From Thermoflexus hugenholtzii JAD2 (GTDB taxonomy: Bacteria > Chloroflexota > UBA11872 > UBA12225), in assembly GCA_945865725.1 (NCBI GenBank), contig CAMBEO010000002.1, positions 14,668 to 78,667 on the forward strand: a DNA stretch of 64,000 nucleotides, written 5' to 3'. Both the position numbers and the translations under genes were made by a program. The notes below the pieces were generated by a model. The model saw only the letters and a list, made by a program, of their open reading frames with translations. It was not told where the DNA came from and ran no database searches. Below, one piece after another: positions 9,844 to 18,189 of this stretch. Numbering within the stretch: the stretch's first letter is position 1; each line of letters starts with the position of its first letter.

Positions 9844-10830
9844 TTAGACAGGATTAGTCGATAGGACGCCACGGCAGAGTGCCACGTCGTGGTGCATCTG
9901 GGTGACGAGGTCGTCCACCGAGGCGAACCGTTCCTGCCCGCGGATCCTCGCCACGAGGTGCAGGCGCAGGGTCTCGCCGTACAGGTCATCGTCGAAATCG
10001 AGGAGGAATGCCTCGACGAGGCGGAGCGTGCCGGCAAAGGTCGGGCGGTCTCCGACGCTGACGGCGCCGAGGAAGCGTCGCTCGCAGTGGGTGAAGGGCC
10101 ACCTTTCGACCCACGCCGCGTAGACGCCGTCGGCGGGGACGACCCGGGGGACCGATGGCTCGAGGTTGGCGGTGGGGAAGCCGATCGTGCGGCCGACCCG
10201 GTTGCCCGGCACGACGATGCCCGAGTAGGTCGGCCACCGTCCGAGGCCCCGGGCAGCGGCCTCGACGTCGCCGCGTTCGATGGCCTCGCGGATCGCGCTG
10301 CTGCTGACCCGGTCCCCGGCCGTACCGAGCGGTTCGATGGGGACGAGGTCGAACCCGTCCTCGCGACCGATCGCGCCGAGGACGTCCGCGGTTCCCGCAC
10401 GGGCGCGCCCGAGGGCGAAGCCTGGCCCGTGGACGACGGCACGGGGGCGTGCGTGGCGACCGATCGCCGCCAGGAACTCGCGAGGCGACTGGGTGCGGGT
10501 CTGGTCATCGAACGGCCAGACGATGACCCGATGGGCACCCGCCTGGAGCAGCCAGGCGGCGCGTTCCTCGACGGTGGCGACCAGACCGAACGGCGCGTCC
10601 GGTCGCAGGACCTGGCGCGGGTGAGGATCAAAGGTGACGATAACGCAGGGGAGGCCACGGGCGTCGGCCTCGCGGCGTGCGCGGGCGACGAGTGACTGGT
10701 GTCCCCGGTGGACGCCATCGAAGTTGCCGATGGCGAGGACGGCGTCCTCCGGCGACGCCGGGGGCGCGACGGTACGGGCGTCAATGATCCGGCCCGCGCC
10801 GGCGATGTGCGAGTTGGTGGAGGGTTCCAT
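9844..10830 (-). CDS. ribF: bifunctional riboflavin kinase / FAD synthetase
   Basis: GNFDGVHRGHQSL, TFDPHP and a C-terminal riboflavin kinase domain (GRTIGFPTANL, LRLVEAFLLDFDDDLYG). Start taken at ATG 10830; the ORF is open to ATG 10923, which lies at the edge of a repeat. Confidence 0.88.
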   Translation of the reverse strand: MEPSTNSHIAGAGRIIDARTVAPPASPEDAVLAIGNFDGVHRGHQSLVARARREADARGLPCVIVTFDPHPRQVLRPDAPFGLVATVEERAAWLLQAGAHRVIVWPFDDQTRTQSPREFLAAIGRHARPRAVVHGPGFALGRARAGTADVLGAIGREDGFDLVPIEPLGTAGDRVSSSAIREAIERGDVEAAARGLGRWPTYSGIVVPGNRVGRTIGFPTANLEPSVPRVVPADGVYAAWVERWPFTHCERRFLGAVSVGDRPTFAGTLRLVEAFLLDFDDDLYGETLRLHLVARIRGQERFASVDDLVTQMHHDVALCRGVLSTNPV

Positions 10831-10920
10831 CGCGGTCGTTTCGGCGCGGTGCGCGCACGTTGTACCGGCCGCGCGTGTCCGCGCGCACTCGCAGGCGCCG
10901 ATCCGGGCGAACGGGGACGC

Positions 10921-10994
10921 CATCGTTATCCGCGTACGCGCCCCCTGTTTAAAACCCTCACGGGGGGAGAGAGGAGCAAGTCGGGCGCGTACCG
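10921..10994. repeat. palindromic repeat, module C variant with 19-nt tail
   Basis: CATCGTTATCCGCGTACGCG matches module C, followed by a degenerate core (CCCTCACGGGGGGAGAGAGGA) and GCAAGTCGGGCGCGTACCG (10976-10994), identical to 15928-15946. Confidence 0.65.
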
Positions 10995-11004
10995 TCCCAT
11001 TCCC

Positions 11005-11910
11005 CTAGTCGGCGACGGCGAGGACCTTTTCTGGATGCCACCGGTGGGGCCCGACCGGCCGAAGGATCGCGACGAGGCGGCCGTCCGGGGCGATCCCCCG
11101 GGCGTGGATCGTGGCGTGTCCGGAGCCATCCGCCCGCGTGTCAGCGTCGGCGTCGATCGGGCGTCCGGCCGAGACATCCTTGACCTGTCGATCGTCGAGG
11201 CGCACCAAGGGCAGTCGCGGCATGGCGTCGGCCATGTCGATCGCCATCGCCTGCCACGTCCCGTCACGCAAGGCCGCCTCGAGCGCGTCAAGGGGTGTGG
11301 CGTTGTCGATATGGAACGTCCCAGATCGGGTGCGGCGCAGGCCGGCGAGGTGCGCGGCACTCCCGACGGCGGCGCCGAGGTCGCGCGCGATGCTTCGGAC
11401 ATACGTGCCCTTGCCGCACGTGACATCGATCGTGGCGCGAGGTGCGTCCCACGAGATGAGGTCGATCGCCTCGATCGTGACGGTACGTAGCGGCGCCACG
11501 ACGGCGATGCCGCGCCGCGCGAGTGCGTGCAGGCGCTCGCCGCCGACGCTGATCGCGGAGAACGCCGGGGGCCTCTGCTCGATCGTCCCGCGGAACGCGC
11601 CGAATGCCCCGGCGATCGCGGCGCCATCCACATGGGCCGCGTCCGCGGTCCGGGTCGGCGCGCCCTCCGCGTCATCGGTCGACGTCTCGGTGCCGAACGC
11701 AATCACCGCGCGGTAGGCCTTGTCGTCGGCGGTGAGGTACTCGACAAGGCGAGTGGCGTTGCCGAGGGCAACGACGAGGACGCCGGAGGCGAGGGGATCG
11801 AGGGTGCCGGCGTGGCCGACACGCCTCTGCCCCGCCGCGCGGCGCACGCGGGCGACGACGTCGTGGGACGTCGGCCCGACCGGCTTGTCAATCGCGAAGA
11901 TGGCGTCCAT
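11005..11910 (-). CDS. truB: tRNA pseudouridine-55 synthase
   Basis: FAIDKPVGPTSHDVV and catalytic GHAGTLDPLASGVLVVALG motifs. Confidence 0.93.
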   Translation of the reverse strand: MDAIFAIDKPVGPTSHDVVARVRRAAGQRRVGHAGTLDPLASGVLVVALGNATRLVEYLTADDKAYRAVIAFGTETSTDDAEGAPTRTADAAHVDGAAIAGAFGAFRGTIEQRPPAFSAISVGGERLHALARRGIAVVAPLRTVTIEAIDLISWDAPRATIDVTCGKGTYVRSIARDLGAAVGSAAHLAGLRRTRSGTFHIDNATPLDALEAALRDGTWQAMAIDMADAMPRLPLVRLDDRQVKDVSAGRPIDADADTRADGSGHATIHARGIAPDGRLVAILRPVGPHRWHPEKVLAVAD

Positions 11911-11963
11911 GAGGCGGTGTAACTCGGAACGCCGGCGTCCCGCCGGCAGGCGGTGCGGCGGGG

Positions 11964-13271
11964 CTACGGGTTGACGGCAAGGCGCACGTGGCGCTTCTTG
12001 CCGGCACGGACGATCAGGACGCCGTCGTGCAGGTCGCCGCGCCCGACGGTGGTGGTCATGGTGGCGCGGGTCTCGTTGACGGTGGCGCCGCCGCCCTCGA
12101 CCAGGCGGCGCGCGGCCCCCTTGGACTCGGCGAGGCCGGCAAGGACGAGGAGGTCGAGGATGCCGATGCCGGCCTCGAGGCGGTTGCCATCCAGGGGGAC
12201 CGCCGGGATCGACCCGGCGCGTGCGAGGGCCTCGAGGGAGACTTGCCCGCCGTCGGCCCCGCCGAAGAGGGCCTGGGCGGCGTCGCGCGCGGCCTCGGCG
12301 TCGGCCTCGCCGTGCAGGAGGGCGGTCGCCTCGAAGGCAAGGCGCCGCTTCGCCTTGCGCAAGCCCTCCCCGGTCGTCGATACGAGGTCGCGGATCTCGT
12401 CGAGGGCCAGGTACGTGAAGAAGCGCAGGAGCCGTTCGACGTCGGCGTCGTCGCAGTTCACCCAGAACTGGTAGTAGGCGTACGGCGAGGTCTCGGAGCG
12501 GTCAAGCCAGACGCGTTCGCCGCCGGCGGTCTTGCCCATCTTCTCGCCCGACTGGGTGAGTAGGAGGGGCGTGGTGAGGGCGAAGGCCGTGGCGCCCTCG
12601 ACGCGCCGGATCAGGTCGGCCCCCGCGAGAATGTTCGACCACTGGTCGCTGCCACCCAGTTGCACGGTGCACCCGTGGCGGCGGAACGCCTCGAGGAAGT
12701 CATAGGCCTGCAGGAGCATGTAATTGAACTCGAGGAACGACAGGCCGGTTTCGAGGCGAGCGCGGTAGGCCTCGGCACGAAGCATCTCGTTGACCGAGAA
12801 GTGCCGGCCGTAGTCGCGCAGGAAGGCGATGTAGTTCAGGGGCAGCAACCAGTCGGCGTTGTCGACCAGGAAGCCCTGGCCGGCCGAGAGGTCGAGGAAG
12901 TGGGCGAGTTGCCCGCGGATGCGGATGGCGTTCGCCTCGATCTCCTCGCGCGTGAGGATCGGGCGGGCGCTGGTCCGGCCGGTAGGGTCGCCGACCATGG
13001 TCGTGCCGCCGCCGACGAGGGCGATGGGCTTGTGCCCCGCACGTTGAAGGTGGGCCATGGCCATGACAGGCAGGAGGTGGCCGATGTGCAGCGACGGGGC
13101 GGTCGGGTCGAAGCCGACGTAGTAGGTGACGGGGCCGCGGGCGAGCGCCTGGGCAAGGCCGGCCTCGTCGGAACACTGGTAGAGGAACCCGCGCTCCCGC
13201 AAGGTTTCGAAGGCGCCGCCGGACATGGTCGGCGCGGGTCGAGATGATTGGGGAGGCGTCGCGGTCGTCAT
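11964..13271 (-). CDS. tyrS: tyrosyl-tRNA synthetase
   Basis: HIGH motif (PSLHIGHLLP), KMSKS-type KMGKT and a C-terminal S4-like domain. Confidence 0.95.
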   Translation of the reverse strand: MTTATPPQSSRPAPTMSGGAFETLRERGFLYQCSDEAGLAQALARGPVTYYVGFDPTAPSLHIGHLLPVMAMAHLQRAGHKPIALVGGGTTMVGDPTGRTSARPILTREEIEANAIRIRGQLAHFLDLSAGQGFLVDNADWLLPLNYIAFLRDYGRHFSVNEMLRAEAYRARLETGLSFLEFNYMLLQAYDFLEAFRRHGCTVQLGGSDQWSNILAGADLIRRVEGATAFALTTPLLLTQSGEKMGKTAGGERVWLDRSETSPYAYYQFWVNCDDADVERLLRFFTYLALDEIRDLVSTTGEGLRKAKRRLAFEATALLHGEADAEAARDAAQALFGGADGGQVSLEALARAGSIPAVPLDGNRLEAGIGILDLLVLAGLAESKGAARRLVEGGGATVNETRATMTTTVGRGDLHDGVLIVRAGKKRHVRLAVNP

Positions 13272-13560
13272 GGTGGCGCGTCCTCACCGGCGACGGGGGC
13301 CGCCGGTGCACGAGCGGGGGGCAAGCCCGCCGGACAACAAAAAGGGCAGAGGACCAATCCTCTGCCCTGCCCGGTGCGCCCGTGATCGCCTTGCGGCGGT
13401 CGGGTCACACCGGGATCAGATACGGATAGTCGCCGCGAGTGACGTCGACGCCACGGCCCGGCGAGGCGGTGGCGTGGGGCGACAAGCGTGCGACCATCGA
13501 AGGGAAGGGTACGCGGGCGCCGCCGCTGGCGTCAATCGCGCCGGCGGCGGTCGCCGGCGG
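13272..13560 (-). promoter_or_regulatory. tyrS leader with terminator; candidate T-box or other attenuator
   Basis: 289-nt untranslated gap. A strong terminator hairpin plus U-tract lies about 60 nt upstream of the tyrS ATG and about 190 nt after the EF-G stop. An upstream CCCGGTG...TCTG can pair with the CACCGGG...CAGA 5' flank of the terminator, giving an alternative structure. UAC triplets are present. The canonical T-box UGGNACC sequence is not clearly recognisable by eye. Confidence 0.35.
13334..13367 (-). terminator. rho-independent terminator (minus strand)
   Basis: The minus strand reads GGGCAGAGGA-TTGG-TCCTCTGCCC (perfect 10-bp stem, 13344-13367) followed by TTTTTGTTG. Confidence 0.85.
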
Positions 13561-15645
13561 CTAGTGCTTGTCCGACTTCGTCTTTGCGTCCTCGATGACC
13601 TTCTGGGCGACGATCGCGGGCATCTCCTCGTAGTGGCCGAATTCGTAGGTGAAGGTGCCGCGCCCCTGCGTGAGCGACCGCAGACTCGTGGCGTACCGCA
13701 CCACCTCGCCCATCGGCACCTCGGCGTCGATGGTGGTCGTCGAGTCGCCGTTCGGGTTCATGCCCGTGACGCGCCCGCGCTTGGTGGACAGGTCACCCAT
13801 GATGTCGCCGGTATTGCCGTCGGGGACGGTGATGGCCACCGTCATGACCGGCTCCAGGAGGATGGCGCCGGCGCCCTCGACGCCCTTCTGGAACGCGAGC
13901 GACCCGGCGATCTTGAAGGCCATTTCCGAGGAGTCGACCGCATGTTCCTTGCCGTCGAGGAGGGTGACCTTCACGTCGACCATGGGGTAGCCGGCGAGGA
14001 TCCCGTCGGCCATCCGCTCCTGGATGCCCTTGTCGACAGCGGCACGGAAGGACGCGGAGATCGCGCCCCCGACGATGCGATCAACGAACTCGTAGCCCGA
14101 GGCGCGCGGGCGGGGTTCCAGCTCGATGGTGCAGACGCCGAACTGGCCGCTGCCCCCGGTCTGGCGGACGTGGCGGCCGTCGGCGCGTGCCCGGCCGCGG
14201 ATGGTCTCTCGATACGGGATGCGAAGCGGTTCGACCCGGAGGTCGGCGCCAAACTTGCGCCGGATCTTCTCGATCGTGATTTCGAGGTGGCTGTCGCCCA
14301 TCCCCTGGATGACCATCTGCCCGGTCTCCTCGTCACGATGGGCACGGATGGTGAGGTCTTCCTCCTGGATGCGCTGCATGGCCTGGCTCATGCGGTCCTG
14401 GTCCTGCCGGGCCTTCGCCTCGACGGCCGCGGAGTAGGTGGGCGCGGGGAAGGTCGGCGGCGCGAGGCGGAGGCGCCGTTCGCGCGCGCACAGGGTGTCG
14501 CCGGTCGTGGTCGCCGCTAGCTTGGCGATCGCCCCGATGTCACCCGCCCCGACGCTGCCTGCTGGCTCCTGGACCTTGCCCCTCAGGGTCATGATCGACC
14601 CGATGCGCTCGTCGCGATCATGCGCCTCGTTCCAGGTCGTCGAGTCCGAGTTGAGGGTGCCCGAGTAGACCCGGAAGAAGGTCAACTTGCCGATGAACGG
14701 GTCGGCAAGGGTCTTGAAGACGAGGGCCGCCAGGGGCCCTGCCGGGTTCGCAGGCAAGGAGATGGGGTCGGAGGAGGATGACTGCGTGGCGATGGCCGGC
14801 GCGACGTCCGCCGGCGACGGGAGAAGGTCGATGATGGCGTCGACGAGGCTCCCGATCCCCTTGCTCGAGGTGCCGGCGGTGACGAGAACAGGCGTGACCT
14901 TGGCGGCGCGTACGGCGGCGCGAAGGGCGGCGCGGATCTCGCCCTCGGTGAGGGTCTCACCCTCGAGGTACTTGATCGTCAGGTCATCGTCGGTCTCCGC
15001 GACCACCTCGACCAGCAGGTCGGCCAGGCGGGCCACGGTGTCGGCGAGGCCGGCCGGGACGGCGCCGGGAATGGCGGTGCCGTTGGCGCCGTAGGTATAG
15101 GCCTGGCGCGAGACGAGGTCGACGTACCCGGAGAACTGGTCGCGTTGGCCGATGGGGAGCTGGATGGCGACGACGGTGGGGCCGAAGCGCTCCCGGAACT
15201 GGTCGACGGTGCCGGTGAAGTCCGCGTTCTCACGGTCCGCGCGGTTGATGACGGCAATGCGAGGGGTGTCGGCCTTGGCGCAAGCAACCCACGCCTGGTC
15301 GGTGCCGACCTCGAGGCCGCCGACGGCGCAACTGACGAGGACGGCGCCGTCGATGACGCGCTGCGCCGCGGAGAGCTCGCCCACGAAGTCGGCGTAGCCG
15401 GGCACGTCGATGACGTTGACCTTGGTGCCTTGCCAGACGAACGGCAGGAGGGAGAGGTTGACCGACATGCGTCGCCGGTGCTCGTCCGGGTCGTAGTCGG
15501 AGGTCGAGGTGCCCTCATCGACGCGGCCGAGGCGCGAGATCGCGCCCGCGGCGTGCAACATTGCCTCGGCAATCGACGTCTTGCCACTGCCCATGTGACC
15601 GAACAGACCGACGTTTCGGATCGCCTCGGGTGGGAACGTGGTCAT
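13561..15645 (-). CDS. elongation factor G paralogue (EF-G2-like translational GTPase)
   Basis: Full five-domain EF-G architecture (DVPGYADF, NRADRE, IQGMGDSHLEI, LEPVMTVAITVP) with an atypical P-loop GHMGSGKTS. It is not in an rpsL-rpsG-fusA-tuf context. ATG 15645 is preceded by GAGGGG. Confidence 0.85.
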   Translation of the reverse strand: MTTFPPEAIRNVGLFGHMGSGKTSIAEAMLHAAGAISRLGRVDEGTSTSDYDPDEHRRRMSVNLSLLPFVWQGTKVNVIDVPGYADFVGELSAAQRVIDGAVLVSCAVGGLEVGTDQAWVACAKADTPRIAVINRADRENADFTGTVDQFRERFGPTVVAIQLPIGQRDQFSGYVDLVSRQAYTYGANGTAIPGAVPAGLADTVARLADLLVEVVAETDDDLTIKYLEGETLTEGEIRAALRAAVRAAKVTPVLVTAGTSSKGIGSLVDAIIDLLPSPADVAPAIATQSSSSDPISLPANPAGPLAALVFKTLADPFIGKLTFFRVYSGTLNSDSTTWNEAHDRDERIGSIMTLRGKVQEPAGSVGAGDIGAIAKLAATTTGDTLCARERRLRLAPPTFPAPTYSAAVEAKARQDQDRMSQAMQRIQEEDLTIRAHRDEETGQMVIQGMGDSHLEITIEKIRRKFGADLRVEPLRIPYRETIRGRARADGRHVRQTGGSGQFGVCTIELEPRPRASGYEFVDRIVGGAISASFRAAVDKGIQERMADGILAGYPMVDVKVTLLDGKEHAVDSSEMAFKIAGSLAFQKGVEGAGAILLEPVMTVAITVPDGNTGDIMGDLSTKRGRVTGMNPNGDSTTTIDAEVPMGEVVRYATSLRSLTQGRGTFTYEFGHYEEMPAIVAQKVIEDAKTKSDKH

Positions 15646-15823
15646 TGCGGCTAGCCCCTCACGCGGCGTGGCTGTCACGCCCCCCACGGGCGACCGCCCC
15701 CGCTTGGTCCCGGCGACTGGTCGTCGCCGCTGCCATGCTAACCGCAGCCGTTGCCCGGCGGACTGGGCCCGCCGGTGCCTCGCTGGCAGGGTCGTCTACG
15801 CTTGGCGCGCGCGTTTAGGACAA

Positions 15824-15946
15824 CCCCTTCCATCCGCCGCAAGCGCCCCGCGCTGCGGCGGGAGAGGGGAGACGGACCCCTTCCATCTGCCGCAAGCGCC
15901 CCGCGCTGCGGCGGGAGAGGGGAGACGGCAAGTCGGGCGCGTACCG
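15824..15946. repeat. two tandem module B palindromic repeats + 19-nt tail
   Basis: CCCCTTCCATC(C/T)GCCGCAAGCGCCCCGCGCTGCGGCGGGAGAGGGGAGACGG appears twice (15824-15876 and 15877-15927). The second copy is followed by GCAAGTCGGGCGCGTACCG (15928-15946). Confidence 0.95.
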
Positions 15947-15965
15947 GTGGCAAGGGGAGGCGAAC

Positions 15966-17987
15966 GTGCCCGCGATTGACGTCCCCCTCGTTCCTGCCTA
16001 CGGCATCTTCCATCGAGGCATCCACCGCTGCCTGCCGGTCGTCGCGACCGTGGACCCGGGCGCACTTGCCGGGCGCGAGTGGTCGGGTGTGATGGCGGCG
16101 CTGCATGACGCCGGGGCTACGGTCGTACGCGTGGAGGTGCCGTGGGGGCGCCACGCGCCCGATCCGACGACCACCTGTCTGGATGGAAGCGATGGCCGGT
16201 CTCCGGACGTGGAGGCGGCGCTGCGCGCTGCGGTCGTTGAAGGCCTTGACGTCTGGGTCGCCGCCGGGCCGCTCTGTGGGGGCGTGCCGGCGTGGCTTCC
16301 AAACATGATTCCCGAGGCTCATACACGGGAAGCAGGCGGGCGGCCGTCTCCCCGATGGGCATGCGGGCACCCGGCATTCCTGATGGCGGCCTCCGCGTGG
16401 GAGACCTCCGTCGCGACGATGGCCGCATCGGTGACGGGCGGGCATGTCGCCTTCTGGGAGGTTGACGGAGTCCCATCGGGCGGCCGACCGCATGCCGACT
16501 GGTCGCCAGGGACGGTGGCACGCTTCCAAGGATGGCTGCGCGTTCGTCACGGCGACGACGGCGCACTCGCGCGGGACTGGTTACGCCCGGGCTTGCGACT
16601 CGAGGACGCGTCGCCTCCGGACCTGCCAGGCGAGCCTCTCGGGCCGTGGCGACGCCTCGGTGCGCTGGTGGCGCGCCTCCACCAGCACTGGCGCGATGTG
16701 CGCGTGCCCATCGACCCGTGGCCGGGTGCGGGCGTTCGGCGCGGTCCGCGGTCGGCCCTGCCGGTCGCGCTTGCGGGGCGGTCACCGGCGCAACTCGCGG
16801 ACTGGCACGAGTTCATGGCCGACGAGTGGCAGGCGTACCTCTCAGGGGTGCGGGATGCCGTCGCGCCGCTAGTGCCAGGGGCGACCTTCGTGGCCGGGGA
16901 ACCAGCGCACGCGGGTCGTGCTGGCATCGGGCACGCAGGTGGGGCATGGCGGGAGGCGACCGGGCGGGAGTTCGTCCCGGTCGCCACGATCGCACCCCGG
17001 GTCCATGACGCCGCGTGGGCCGCCACCGCGCTTTCCGCCCGGGCCGGCGCCGGTTGGCCAGTAATCGTGGCGGTCCGTCCGGAACCGGGAGGCGGGCTGC
17101 CGGCGACCATCGTCGCGGCCATCGGGGACGGCGCGGTGGCCGTTGCGGTCCCCGCGGGGGCCCTTGAAGACCCCGACCTGTCCCGCCTGGCCGCGTGGAT
17201 CGGACGCACTGCCGATTCGTTAACTGCATCGACTCGCCTAGGCGACGCGGTGGCTTGGCTCGACGAACCCGGGCATGCGGGTGCCGACCCGGATGACCTG
17301 GATCCGCTGGCGACGGGTGTCGCGAACTGGCGCCCCGGCGAGGGCGCGGCCTTCGGTGCCGTGCGCGAAGCCGGGGTCGTGCCCATGGTCGTCGACGCCG
17401 AGGCTCTCGTCCCTGATGCCGCACGGGACCTCGTTTGCCTCGTCGTGCCGACGCGGCGGTGGATCGACCTCGACCGCTACGGGTCGCTGGTCGTGCATGC
17501 GTTGCGGGGCGGCAACCTCGTTGCCATCCCGCACGCGCCCGGGCGCCAACGGGATGGCACGCCGTTCCGGTCGACGTTCCTCTGGCCGGCGGACGTGCGA
17601 ACCGGGAGGCGGGTCCAGGTGCATGACGGCACGTCCGCCCTGGAGCCAAACCCGGCAGCGATCGGGCACGACGGCGCGCGGCCCGATTGGATCGCGCGAA
17701 TCGTGGAGGACGCGGCCCCTCGACTGCGCCCGTCACGCGGGTTGCAGGTTTCCGCGACCATGCGACTGATGCCCGGTGGCGACTGCCTCGCGTTCATCGC
17801 AAATCCCATCGACCGCCCGCAATCGGGGATCCTCGGCGTGGCGGACCCCGCGGCTCTTGGCATCAGCGACACGTTCGTGGTCGAGGTGGCGTTCGCGACG
17901 CGAGGCGCGCGCGCGGGTCGCGAGGGAATGGGGATCGCCGTCGTCGTGCCGGCGAGCGGCGCGCTGATCGTGGGCTTGTCCGGCTGA
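15966..17987 (+). CDS. hypothetical protein, GH42 (beta-galactosidase)-like N-terminal region
   Basis: 673-aa ORF; GTG 15966 is preceded by AAGGGGAGG. The N-terminus (AALHDAGATVVRVEVPWGRH..., GGVPAWLPNMIPEAHTR..., CGHPAFL) resembles GH42 TIM-barrel proteins, but the catalytic residues were not verified. Third-codon G/C is visibly lower than in neighbouring core genes. Confidence 0.5.
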   Translation: MPAIDVPLVPAYGIFHRGIHRCLPVVATVDPGALAGREWSGVMAALHDAGATVVRVEVPWGRHAPDPTTTCLDGSDGRSPDVEAALRAAVVEGLDVWVAAGPLCGGVPAWLPNMIPEAHTREAGGRPSPRWACGHPAFLMAASAWETSVATMAASVTGGHVAFWEVDGVPSGGRPHADWSPGTVARFQGWLRVRHGDDGALARDWLRPGLRLEDASPPDLPGEPLGPWRRLGALVARLHQHWRDVRVPIDPWPGAGVRRGPRSALPVALAGRSPAQLADWHEFMADEWQAYLSGVRDAVAPLVPGATFVAGEPAHAGRAGIGHAGGAWREATGREFVPVATIAPRVHDAAWAATALSARAGAGWPVIVAVRPEPGGGLPATIVAAIGDGAVAVAVPAGALEDPDLSRLAAWIGRTADSLTASTRLGDAVAWLDEPGHAGADPDDLDPLATGVANWRPGEGAAFGAVREAGVVPMVVDAEALVPDAARDLVCLVVPTRRWIDLDRYGSLVVHALRGGNLVAIPHAPGRQRDGTPFRSTFLWPADVRTGRRVQVHDGTSALEPNPAAIGHDGARPDWIARIVEDAAPRLRPSRGLQVSATMRLMPGGDCLAFIANPIDRPQSGILGVADPAALGISDTFVVEVAFATRGARAGREGMGIAVVVPASGALIVGLSG

Positions 17988-18010
17988 TCGCGGGACGGCG
18001 CGGGGACGAC

Positions 18011-18148
18011 TCCTTCCATCTGCCGCAAGCGCCCCGCGCTGCGGCGGGAGAGGGAAGTACCACCGCCACCCCATCCCCCGCCGGCGCGGGAGGAGGGAGA
18101 TGAATGTTCTCACCCCTAGCCCGTCTCCCGGCGGGAGAGGGGAAGTGG
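18011..18148. repeat. palindromic-repeat cluster: module B + two divergent core units
   Basis: 18011-18064 is TCCTTCCATCTGCCGCAAGCGCCCCGCGCTGCGGCGGGAGAGGGAAGTACCAC. 18067-18100 is CCACCCCATCCCCCGCCGGCGCGGGAGGAGGGAGA. 18111-18148 is CACCCCTAGCCCGTCTCCCGGCGGGAGAGGGGAAGTGG. Confidence 0.9.
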
Positions 18149-18189
18149 ACGCTCCCACCTCCACGCGGCACCGGTACGCTTCGCGGGCA

